This document shows, piece by piece, positions 48,840 to 57,097 of a DNA stretch of 64,000 bases. The notes below the pieces were generated by a model that saw only the letters and a list, made by a program, of their open reading frames with translations, did no database searches and had not been told where the DNA came from. The stretch is taken from assembly GCA_963706575.1 (NCBI GenBank), contig CAVPNL010000014.1, positions 101,838-165,837 on the forward strand, given 5' to 3'. Every line of letters starts with the position of its first letter. The stretch's first letter is position 1. Both the position numbers and the translations under genes were made by a program. This DNA is from an uncultured delta proteobacterium. GTDB taxonomy: Bacteria; Desulfobacterota; Desulfobacteria; Desulfobacterales; JAHEIW01.

Positions 48840-48877
48840 TTCTTGCCCTCCAGCGGGTCCCTCAAATATCCGCCGAA

Positions 48878-49852
48878 CTACATTTGGGTTGATGCTTCCG
48901 CGATGATACGGTTCTTATGGAGCACGTGCTCGGGAACGGGACGCAGATCCCTGACGATACCCAGCCAGGACATAAAAACCAGCAAGTAATAGGTAATGTC
49001 AATTTCCCACCGGAAAAAACCCTGGCGGGCGGAAACGGCATAGTGATGATGATTGTTGTGCCACCCTTCTCCCAAAGTGATCAGAGCGAGCAGCGCATTG
49101 TTGCGACTGGTATCGGACGTGTTGTAACGCCGGCTACCGTAGATGTGGTCAAAGGAGTTGATCGTCACCGTCGCGTGCAACAACACGACGGTGGAGACGA
49201 AAAATCCCCAGATGACCAGTTGCATTCCATTGGTCCCCAGTTGGGGCGCGAAGCGTTCGAGGATTTCACCGCAAACAAACAAAGCCAGGGCCAGCAGGAT
49301 GGGGATGACCGTGTCAAAACGGTTCAGCCAGCGTAGTTCCGGAAATTGGGCCCATTCGGCAACGAATTTGTACTTGGTAGGAAAATTGGACCTGGAGGTT
49401 AACCAGCCGATATGGCTCCACCAGAACCCGTGACGGCTGGGTGAGTGCACATCCTGCTCTTGATCTGTAAAGCGATGATGATGGCGATGATGGGAGGCCC
49501 ACCACAGAGGGCCGCGCTGGACCGACGCATTGCCCACTACCCCGAAGACAAACTGCCAGAAACGATTGGTCTTGAAAGCTTTATGGGAGAAGTAGCGATG
49601 GTAAAAACCGGTGATGGCAAACATACGGACGATGTAGAGCAGCAGGGCCACCATCACCGCTGTCCAGCTCCAGCCGACCCAGAAGACACCCAGGCACATC
49701 AGATGTAAAAAAATAAGCGGAACAATGCGCCACCAGTCCACTTTTTTAAAGTCTCCGGTTGGCATGGATTCGATATGTGCTTCTGCATCAAACCAGCGGA
49801 TGACGGCCAGCGCCGGCGCAGAAGACAAAATAGATTTTATGAATCTGGCCAT
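48878..49852 (-). CDS. Membrane acyl-CoA/acyl-lipid desaturase (delta-9 type)
   Basis: His boxes YHRYFSH, HRHHH, GEGWHNNHH. Confidence 0.92.
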   Translation of the reverse strand: MARFIKSILSSAPALAVIRWFDAEAHIESMPTGDFKKVDWWRIVPLIFLHLMCLGVFWVGWSWTAVMVALLLYIVRMFAITGFYHRYFSHKAFKTNRFWQFVFGVVGNASVQRGPLWWASHHRHHHRFTDQEQDVHSPSRHGFWWSHIGWLTSRSNFPTKYKFVAEWAQFPELRWLNRFDTVIPILLALALFVCGEILERFAPQLGTNGMQLVIWGFFVSTVVLLHATVTINSFDHIYGSRRYNTSDTSRNNALLALITLGEGWHNNHHHYAVSARQGFFRWEIDITYYLLVFMSWLGIVRDLRPVPEHVLHKNRIIAEASTQM

Positions 49853-50033
49853 TTTTGGGGCAGCTCCTGGAAATATGTTCGATGAACTTAACCATGAATT
49901 TGAGACAAAATCAATAGTGCAATCCTCCTTGGCGAACATGCCCTTGACCATCGACCAAAAGCGGTTGCAACTTTTCTAGGGATGATATATTTGTTACGCG
50001 ATTGGATTTTGCAGAATCAGGAAGCAAATCCCA

Positions 50034-50936
50034 ATGAAGAACAAAAACGATACCAACACCCGCAGTGTGGAACCACTGAGTTTCTCAGATGCGCTGGCCC
50101 GAACCGTGCTCAATTCGTTATCGGCACATATCGCGATCTTAGATAAAAACGGCGTTATTCTCGAGACCAACAATGCATGGCAAACGTATGCCGTTAACAG
50201 CGGCATGCCGGAGACCTACGACCATAGAGGGATCAATTATCTTGAAATCTGTGATGCGACCACCGGCAGCGAGGCCGCGGGCGCAGCCAAAGTCGCCCAG
50301 GGTATCCGGGCGGTGATACGCGGCGACTTGGAAGAGTTTTTATTTGACTATCCCTGCCATTCAGAGGACGGCCCGCACTGGTACTACATGCGAACCATTC
50401 GCATGGCGGGTCCGGGCCCCATCCGAGTGGTGGTCAGCCACGAGGAAATTACGGCCTTGAAGCTGACTGAAGAAGCCTTGAAAAAGAGTCAGGAAGAACT
50501 TTTCGAACAAAAGCAAAGTCTGGAAGAAGTCAATATCGCCCTGAAAGTCCTGCTAAAACAGCGCGAGGCGGACAAGCTGGAACTGGAAAAAAAAGTCTTA
50601 ACCAATGTCAAAGATCTCGTGCTGCCGTATGTCGAAAAATTAAAAAAATCACGGCTGAAACCCAAGGACAAGACGCTGGTAGAGATCATTGATACGCACC
50701 TGAATGATGTGATATCCCCCCTGCTGCAACACTTTGCCAATGCCAAAATTTTGTTGACGCCCCAGGAGATGCAGGTGGCCGGTCTGGTCAAAGACGGCAA
50801 AACGAGCAAGGAAATCGCCGATATCCTGAATGTTTCTGAAACCACGGTCAATTTTCACCGCAAAAACCTGCGCGTTAAATTCGGCTTGACCAATCAAACG
50901 ACCAATCTGCGGTCTTACCTACTTTCTATTTCCTGA
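50034..50936 (+). CDS. PAS-domain LuxR-family transcriptional regulator
   Basis: PAS domain (LNSLSAHIAILDKNG…NYLEIC…YPCHS…WY), coiled coil, LTPQEMQVA…GKTSKEIA…TVNFHRKNLR HTH. Confidence 0.88.
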   Translation: MKNKNDTNTRSVEPLSFSDALARTVLNSLSAHIAILDKNGVILETNNAWQTYAVNSGMPETYDHRGINYLEICDATTGSEAAGAAKVAQGIRAVIRGDLEEFLFDYPCHSEDGPHWYYMRTIRMAGPGPIRVVVSHEEITALKLTEEALKKSQEELFEQKQSLEEVNIALKVLLKQREADKLELEKKVLTNVKDLVLPYVEKLKKSRLKPKDKTLVEIIDTHLNDVISPLLQHFANAKILLTPQEMQVAGLVKDGKTSKEIADILNVSETTVNFHRKNLRVKFGLTNQTTNLRSYLLSIS

Positions 50937-50972
50937 CAGCGCTAATCGTAATATCCTTTTCGATCAAATAGG

Positions 50973-51041
50973 TAATAGGTATTTCCTATCATTAGACTCC
51001 GAATTCTCTCCCATTGCGTTTTTTGCTTTTGTGCATAAGTT
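50973..51041 (+). promoter_or_regulatory. Conserved operator-promoter, copy 2 (upstream of methyltransferase-lipocalin)
   Basis: TAATAGGTATTTCCTATCATTAGAC; TTGCGT begins 41 bp after the motif start; then TGTGCATAAGTT. Confidence 0.75.
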
Positions 51042-51161
51042 TAAGCTGCTATCGAAAACCTTCGAAAACTGATTCAACTTCACTTCCAAGCCGGCTCCCG
51101 GCCGCATACATGATGAAGTTGGTACATAATAAATCCGAATTCAAGGGCAGAAAGAATACCG

Positions 51162-52379
51162 ATGTTAGATACGAACCGAATTACTTCAGACAGTGTGTTA
51201 GATTTGATATTTAACCTCAAATGGAAAAGTAATCGTGCCGTGCACACTGACAGTTACCAGGCCAGCCGGGTAAACATGTGGCGCGATTTATTGCCGCCGG
51301 TGCTGTTGGATACTTTACTGAACAAAGAGGCAGGTGAACGGGTGCAAGTGCCACTCGAAGATGGTGAGGCTGTTAAAGCTTTCACGAAACAAAACTTATT
51401 CGACATCCATTGTACCCAATTTGACCGCCAGGCTAGCACGGATGTGGTTAGCGAGCCCCGCCTGGGGCGTTTTTATCCTAAAGGGCTGTTGAAGGGAATT
51501 GCCGGAATATTCAGGGCTAATGTCCAGCCATTCCGATGTGTTGGACTAAACAACGGCCATATGACGGTCGATTTCAACCATCCGCTGGCCGGTAAAAATC
51601 TTCATCTTTCTGTCGTCATCGGAAAAGTGGGGCTTAGGAGCGTCGAGCGTGGCGGGACGTGTATCGACTGGATGGAAACCCTGACCAACGGGCCCGGCAT
51701 GCAGGCCCGTTGGCAAAATCAGAAGACGGATTATTTCTCCGACGACGCCTTCGGGCGGGATGACGACCAACCCGATGAAAATTTTTACCGCAAACCTAGA
51801 TTTGTCTACCATATCGATGACACCGCTTGCGAGATGGTGAGAAACACGTACGGGCGCTTTTTGACTGATGGGATGCAGGTTCTGGATTTAATGAGCAGCT
51901 GGCAGTCACACATTCCCGCCAATTTACATTTGGATCGACTTGTCGGCCTAGGGCTCAATGAAGATGAACTCAAGAGAAATTCGCATCTGAGTGAATTCCG
52001 GGTTCACGATCTGAATGCCGACCCCGCGCTGCCATTCGAATCCAACACCTTTGATGCAGTCGTCAACACGGTATCCGTTGAATATTTAACTGACCCCTTG
52101 GCAGTCTTCAGGGAGGTTTCACGGATTTTGCGACCGGATGGCTATTTCATCGTTACCTTTTCAAATCGATGGTTTCCGACCAAGGCCATTAAGATCTGGC
52201 CGACACTTCATGAATTTGAGCGTATGGGACTGGTGCTGGAATACTTTTTGCGCGCAGGTGAATTTAAAGACCTTCAAACCTATTCCATCCGGGGACTGCC
52301 ACGGCCACATGATGACAAATATTTTCCGGAGCTGTTGTATTCCGATCCGGTCTATGCCGTATGGGGAAGGAAACAATAA
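51162..52379 (+). CDS. Fusion of an SlyD/FKBP-like N-terminal region and a class I SAM-dependent methyltransferase
   Basis: VDFNHPLAGKNL (SlyD-like); FYRKPRFVYHID, VLDLMSSWQSH, VSVEYL, FSNRWFPTKA. Confidence 0.8.
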   Translation: MLDTNRITSDSVLDLIFNLKWKSNRAVHTDSYQASRVNMWRDLLPPVLLDTLLNKEAGERVQVPLEDGEAVKAFTKQNLFDIHCTQFDRQASTDVVSEPRLGRFYPKGLLKGIAGIFRANVQPFRCVGLNNGHMTVDFNHPLAGKNLHLSVVIGKVGLRSVERGGTCIDWMETLTNGPGMQARWQNQKTDYFSDDAFGRDDDQPDENFYRKPRFVYHIDDTACEMVRNTYGRFLTDGMQVLDLMSSWQSHIPANLHLDRLVGLGLNEDELKRNSHLSEFRVHDLNADPALPFESNTFDAVVNTVSVEYLTDPLAVFREVSRILRPDGYFIVTFSNRWFPTKAIKIWPTLHEFERMGLVLEYFLRAGEFKDLQTYSIRGLPRPHDDKYFPELLYSDPVYAVWGRKQ

Positions 52380-52415
52380 CGAATGATAGATATCGTTCGT
52401 AATGGTGACCATGAA

Positions 52416-53354
52416 ATGAATCCGACAATAATTGCATCAATTTTGGGGATGGTAATAATCCTCTCTGGTTGCACAGGAGTTCCCGATGGATTGGAACCTG
52501 TAACCGGTTTCGAGGCTGACCGATATCTGGGAAAATGGTATGAAATCGCCAGACTCGACCATTCCTTTGAACGCGAATTGAGCAATGTCAGCGCCACCTA
52601 CACGCGAGGGGAGAACGGGAATATCCGGGTTAGGAACAGGGGTTTCAATGCCAAAACCGCGACCTGGAAGCAGATCGAGGGGCGGGCCCGCTTCATTGAA
52701 GACGATACCGTTGGCAGCCTGAAGGTTTCATTTTTCGGGCCTTTTTACGGCGGGTATCATATCATCGCGTTAGACCGGCAAAACTACAGTTATGCAATGG
52801 TGGCCGGACCGAGCAATTCGTATCTCTGGATACTGTCCAGGCGTAAGACGCTGGATGAATCGATTTATGCAAAATTGGTTTCCCAGGCCGATGCTTGGGG
52901 TTTTGATACCAGACAGCTGATCAGGGTTGAGCATAATCTGCCCGACGAAAGGGTGCAGCTTGCAGAAAATACCATCAAGACCGATTCAAAGGAAAATATC
53001 AAAATGATAACCTCCTGCCCATCAACACCCAATTGTGTGTCTTCCATCGACAGAGATCGCAAGCATTTTATCGAGCCGCTGCGCTTCGCGGGCAGCGTCA
53101 AAGATGCAAAGTACAGGCTGCTGAATATTCTCTCTGAACTTAAACGGGCTCGGATCGTGACAATTGAAAATGATTTTATTGAGGCCGAGTTTACTTCTTT
53201 TGTTTTCCGCTTCGTCGATGATGTCGAATTTTACTTTGATGATCGCCATAAGATCATTCATGTAAAATCGGCTTCACGATTAGGATATTCCGATCTGGGG
53301 GTCAACCGTCGTCGAGTAGAAAAAATTCGCAAACGCTTTAACCAAAAGGAATAA
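52416..53354 (+). CDS. blc: Lipocalin Blc (lipoprotein) fused to DUF1499
   Basis: Lipobox ILSGC; YLGKWYEIARLDHSFE; LKVSFFGPFY; YLWILSR; then CPSTPNCVSS…FVDDVEF…SASRLGYSDLGVNRRR. Confidence 0.85.
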   Translation: MNPTIIASILGMVIILSGCTGVPDGLEPVTGFEADRYLGKWYEIARLDHSFERELSNVSATYTRGENGNIRVRNRGFNAKTATWKQIEGRARFIEDDTVGSLKVSFFGPFYGGYHIIALDRQNYSYAMVAGPSNSYLWILSRRKTLDESIYAKLVSQADAWGFDTRQLIRVEHNLPDERVQLAENTIKTDSKENIKMITSCPSTPNCVSSIDRDRKHFIEPLRFAGSVKDAKYRLLNILSELKRARIVTIENDFIEAEFTSFVFRFVDDVEFYFDDRHKIIHVKSASRLGYSDLGVNRRRVEKIRKRFNQKE

Positions 53355-53356
53355 AA

Positions 53357-53536
53357 ATGGCCCCCAAAAATAAAAACACCTACTTTATCGTCAAAGACAA
53401 ACATGGCAATGACCTTCTTTGTCCGTTGCATACGGTTAAGAACAAGAATGCTGTTTTTGATTCGGAGTTCAATGAGTGCGTCGAAAAAGATGTGGTGGAG
53501 AGATATTCCGGCAATATTGACATTGAATCCCATTAG
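53357..53536 (+). CDS. Small hypothetical protein (59 aa; below the ORF-track cutoff)
   Basis: AAGGA RBS; ATG 2 bp after the blc stop; MAPKNKNTYFIVKDKHGNDLLCPL…CVEKDVVERYSGNIDIESH. Confidence 0.65.
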   Translation: MAPKNKNTYFIVKDKHGNDLLCPLHTVKNKNAVFDSEFNECVEKDVVERYSGNIDIESH

Positions 53537-53544
53537 CGGGCACA

Positions 53545-53770
53545 TTATTTCCTGCCGGATTTTTTCGGTTCGGCTTCCCCGGCTCCGCGGGTTCGAGTTT
53601 TTTGACGCATTTCATCCTGGCGCATGGGCATGGCATCGATCAGGTCAAAAACGTCCTGCAGGTGCGTTCGATCCTGGCGGTTCAGCTTTATGCTGCCATC
53701 TTTGCCGACCAGGATGAGGCTGAATGTATTGTGGGGTATTGCAAAGCGATCGCGAATCTTTTCCGGTTTA
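53545..53770 (-). pseudogene. DUF4174-like protein, C-terminal remnant
   Basis: …IRDRFAIPHNTFSLILVGKDGSIKL…VFDLIDAMPMRQDEM; upstream in-frame stop with no ATG/GTG/TTG start. Confidence 0.65.
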
Positions 53771-53892
53771 CCGAATGGCAGTTTTTTACCCTTATTTTGC
53801 CCTTAAAGATTGTTTATTGCAAATTAGCAGATGTGTATAACTATTAATATGATGATGTTAAAAAAAATCTACTAAAAAATCAGGAGCTAATT

Positions 53893-54129
53893 ATGAAAGT
53901 AAATTTAAAATGTTTTGCGACTCTGGTAAACCCAGACAGGTGCGATTTTAAAGAAAGTACCCCATACGATCTGGGAGACGGCCAAACTGTTAAAGATCTG
54001 GTTCAACGCGCGGGGATTGCCGGAGAAGACGTGAAGATCGCTTTTGTGAACAGCCGGATAGTAGATTTCGGTACAGTCCTATCCGACGGGGACCGGGTTG
54101 GGCTGGCCCCGGCTGTCGGGGGGATGTAA
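53893..54129 (+). CDS. MoaD/ThiS family sulfur-carrier-like protein
   Basis: MKVNLKCFATL…AFVN…LSDGDRVGLAPAVGGM. Confidence 0.85.
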   Translation: MKVNLKCFATLVNPDRCDFKESTPYDLGDGQTVKDLVQRAGIAGEDVKIAFVNSRIVDFGTVLSDGDRVGLAPAVGGM

Positions 54130-54187
54130 ACCCTATCCGTAAACGCAATAACCATACTAAAACCTAATATAAGAAAGGAGATGTCAC

Positions 54188-54499
54188 ATGGACGTTCAAG
54201 ATTATTGCAAAAGCATGGAAACCGAAATGACCGCCTGGAAGGCCAAGCTTTATGATGTTACGCGAAAGGTCGACAAACTGGGAACAGCTGAAAAAGAGAG
54301 GGTCCTGCCCAATATCGAAGACCTTCACATGTTACTTGAAGAAATGTCGGACCGGGTGGAGAAATTGAAAAACGAATGCCCCTCTGATTGGAGCCCAATC
54401 AAAAACGAGATTGAAGAGGGTAGTATCGATATGCGTGGAAAGTTCGAAGAAACGATGGAATATATCGGCAAAGCCGCACCGGTTTCGATTCCGGGATAA
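54188..54499 (+). CDS. Hypothetical helical protein
   Basis: AAGGAG RBS; 103 aa; DYC…WKAKLYD…ECP.DWS. Confidence 0.75.
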   Translation: MDVQDYCKSMETEMTAWKAKLYDVTRKVDKLGTAEKERVLPNIEDLHMLLEEMSDRVEKLKNECPSDWSPIKNEIEEGSIDMRGKFEETMEYIGKAAPVSIPG

Positions 54500-54641
54500 A
54501 CTTGCAGCGACCCGGTTTGTTGCTCAGGCTTTGAAAAGCAAACCAATTGGCGTCTCGTAAAGTTGCAGTGATAAGGTGCCACTCAAATAGCAGGCGCGGA
54601 TGGAGAAATCCGCGCTTGTTTTTTTATGACATAAAGTATAT

Positions 54642-55844
54642 TTACGGCGCCTTGCAGGACATTGCCTCCTCGATGTCCTTTTCCGTGATACCCAGAAGAT
54701 GAAAAACATGGTTGAAATGGGCCTTGGACAAGGCCACGTTGGCAACCCGGTCCAATCCCTTCTTGGCATTATAGGCGATACCCAACCCCGCCTGAGTCAG
54801 CATTAATGAATCATTGGCACCATCGCCGATGGCGACCACCTGGTCGAGTGGAATGCCCGCATCACATGCCACCTGGTTGATGAGACGGGCTTTTTGAGCA
54901 GCGTTGACGATATCTCCCTTAACCTTTCCGGTCAGGGTGCCGTCTTTGATCTCCAAACGGTTGGCGAAGGCAAAATCCAGATTGAATTTATCCTTCAGCG
55001 ATTCGGCAAAGATATCGAATCCTCCAGAAACGATCCCCAATTTGAACCCGAGCCATTTGAGGGTTGTCAAAAGCTCCTCCGCCCCCTGGGAAAGCGTCAT
55101 TTGATTTCTGATCTCCATCACATCTGCGAGTGGCAGACCCCTGAGCATGGCCACCCGTTGCCTGAGAGATTCTTCAAAATCAAAGTCGCCGCGCATAGCC
55201 TTATCCGTGATTCTGGCAACTTCCCGATGGACACCCATTTTGCGGGCCATTTCATCAATGCCCTCCATTGCCACCAGGGTGCTGTCCATATCAAAGCATA
55301 TCATGCGCTTGTTTTTGCGATGTGCAACCATATTTTGAACGGATAGGTCAACATTTAAATCGCGGCTTTTTCCCATCATGCGGCTTTTCAGACGGTCTAG
55401 ATTTTTGACTTCGACGATGTCTACAATCATTTCAAAAGAACGAGCGCCGTGATGCGTTTGGCTGAATAACATCTCGATATTTGCATTTTCCTCTGCCAGC
55501 ACTTTTGACAGATCAGCGATGGCGCGCGTATCGCCGAAATAGGTGAGGACCAGTCGTTTGCGAAGGTCTATTCTTTTAATTTGATCCGGCGCAAGCAGTT
55601 GGAAGTTGAGTGTAAGATTGAGTTGATTGGCCTCGAAAAGAAGGTCTTTGATGGCGCTGTCTTTGGATTGATTCGTTGCTTCAAATTTTAACAAAAAGTG
55701 CAGTCCGATGGTTTGTTGCAGCGAAGCCTGTTGAATGTCCTTTATTTCAATTTGGTGATTTTGCAGCACTTTCGCAAAAGCAGCTATAATTCCGGGACGA
55801 TCAGGTCCGGAGATGTTGACGAGTAGCAAGTTTTCTTCTGCCAT
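54642..55844 (-). CDS. serB: Phosphoserine phosphatase with two ACT domains
   Basis: GPDRPGI (ACT); FDMDSTL; AMRGDFDFEESL..RV; SGGF; AIGDGAND. Confidence 0.93.
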   Translation of the reverse strand: MAEENLLLVNISGPDRPGIIAAFAKVLQNHQIEIKDIQQASLQQTIGLHFLLKFEATNQSKDSAIKDLLFEANQLNLTLNFQLLAPDQIKRIDLRKRLVLTYFGDTRAIADLSKVLAEENANIEMLFSQTHHGARSFEMIVDIVEVKNLDRLKSRMMGKSRDLNVDLSVQNMVAHRKNKRMICFDMDSTLVAMEGIDEMARKMGVHREVARITDKAMRGDFDFEESLRQRVAMLRGLPLADVMEIRNQMTLSQGAEELLTTLKWLGFKLGIVSGGFDIFAESLKDKFNLDFAFANRLEIKDGTLTGKVKGDIVNAAQKARLINQVACDAGIPLDQVVAIGDGANDSLMLTQAGLGIAYNAKKGLDRVANVALSKAHFNHVFHLLGITEKDIEEAMSCKAP

Positions 55845-55932
55845 ACCATAGCTCCTTATTAAAAGAATTCATTCGGTTAGGGCATTGGCGGCCGCCGTAT
55901 TGAACCGATAATGAAGTAATTTTCCGGAAGAC

Positions 55933-56976
55933 TCATGTGACATGGACAACGATGGCATGTTCCCGGATGCCGTTGTTCCCATAGCCCAATACGTTCCAGT
56001 GGGCGGTCTCAGGCTGTGGGTTTCCGCTGTTATCGGTTGCGCGGGCCATTATCGTGAATTCGCCTGCCTGTTGAACATCCCACAAATACTCCCAATGTCG
56101 CCAGGCATAGGTTTCTTGAGGGCCGATCAAGCTTGCCGGCTGCCACGTTCGGCCGTCATCAACCGATATGTCGACCGCCTGAATGCCGGCTTCGCCGGCA
56201 TAGGCGGCACCGCGAATCGGCACGATGCCTGCCGGAAGTGTTTCATCATTTGCCGGCTCAACAATAATTGATTTGACACTGATGTTTTTAACGACTTCAC
56301 CGGATTTTGAATCTTCGCCTTTCTGAAAAATGCGGTATACCTTGTCCATAAAAAAACCTTCATGCGGTTGATCAAGCACCTTGATCTTGTGAAGCCACTT
56401 GACACAGTTGGCGCCGGTCCAGCCCAAAGCCAGCGCGCGCAGGGGGTAGCCGTGTTTGAGCGGCAGGGGTTGTCCATTCATCTCGTAGGCAAGCAGGGTG
56501 GAGTCAATGGCTTTTTCCAGCGGAATGCTGCGGATAAATTTTATTGCGGCCGATCCCAGAGGCTTATCTAAACCTTCAAAGCTGACATGTCGGGCACCTT
56601 TTCTAAGTTCGGCCTTAGCGATCAAATCTCTGAACCGGATGCCTCCCCAGATTGCATTGCCCACGCCGCCAATCGTCCAGGGATTACCGGAAGCTTTTTC
56701 TTCAAGTAAAGAGCGACTGTTGCCGGAGCATTCCAGGGTGTTGACCACCTCCACTTTCGGCATGCGCCGGATTTCCTCGAAGGTCAAGGTCAGCTTGTGT
56801 CTCACCAGGCCTTCAATGCTCAGCTTCCACGATGAAAGCTTGATCGGCCTTTGCATGATCTGGCCCTGATTGCGCTTAAAGAATACCGCATTATCGGTGG
56901 TCCAGGTGCGAAGCGATTCGATCGGTGTTTCGGCATTGAGGGGTTTTTCCGTCATGACCCGCATTTTTTTCTTCAT
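55933..56976 (-). CDS. Sulfite oxidase family molybdopterin enzyme (no signal peptide)
   Basis: PLNAETP, LECSGN, IRSIP, LAYEMNGQPLPLKHGYPLR, CVKWL, RATD..GNPQP…WN..GY. Confidence 0.9.
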   Translation of the reverse strand: MKKKMRVMTEKPLNAETPIESLRTWTTDNAVFFKRNQGQIMQRPIKLSSWKLSIEGLVRHKLTLTFEEIRRMPKVEVVNTLECSGNSRSLLEEKASGNPWTIGGVGNAIWGGIRFRDLIAKAELRKGARHVSFEGLDKPLGSAAIKFIRSIPLEKAIDSTLLAYEMNGQPLPLKHGYPLRALALGWTGANCVKWLHKIKVLDQPHEGFFMDKVYRIFQKGEDSKSGEVVKNISVKSIIVEPANDETLPAGIVPIRGAAYAGEAGIQAVDISVDDGRTWQPASLIGPQETYAWRHWEYLWDVQQAGEFTIMARATDNSGNPQPETAHWNVLGYGNNGIREHAIVVHVT

Positions 56977-57097
56977 AGCGGCACCTCTGAAATCAATAAT
57001 TATAGATGATTCATATTCTTACTATAAAAAGCGAATTGCTTTAACACTTCTTTATTCCCCCTTATCCATGCGGTCCCATTTGCGATCTATATGCGGT

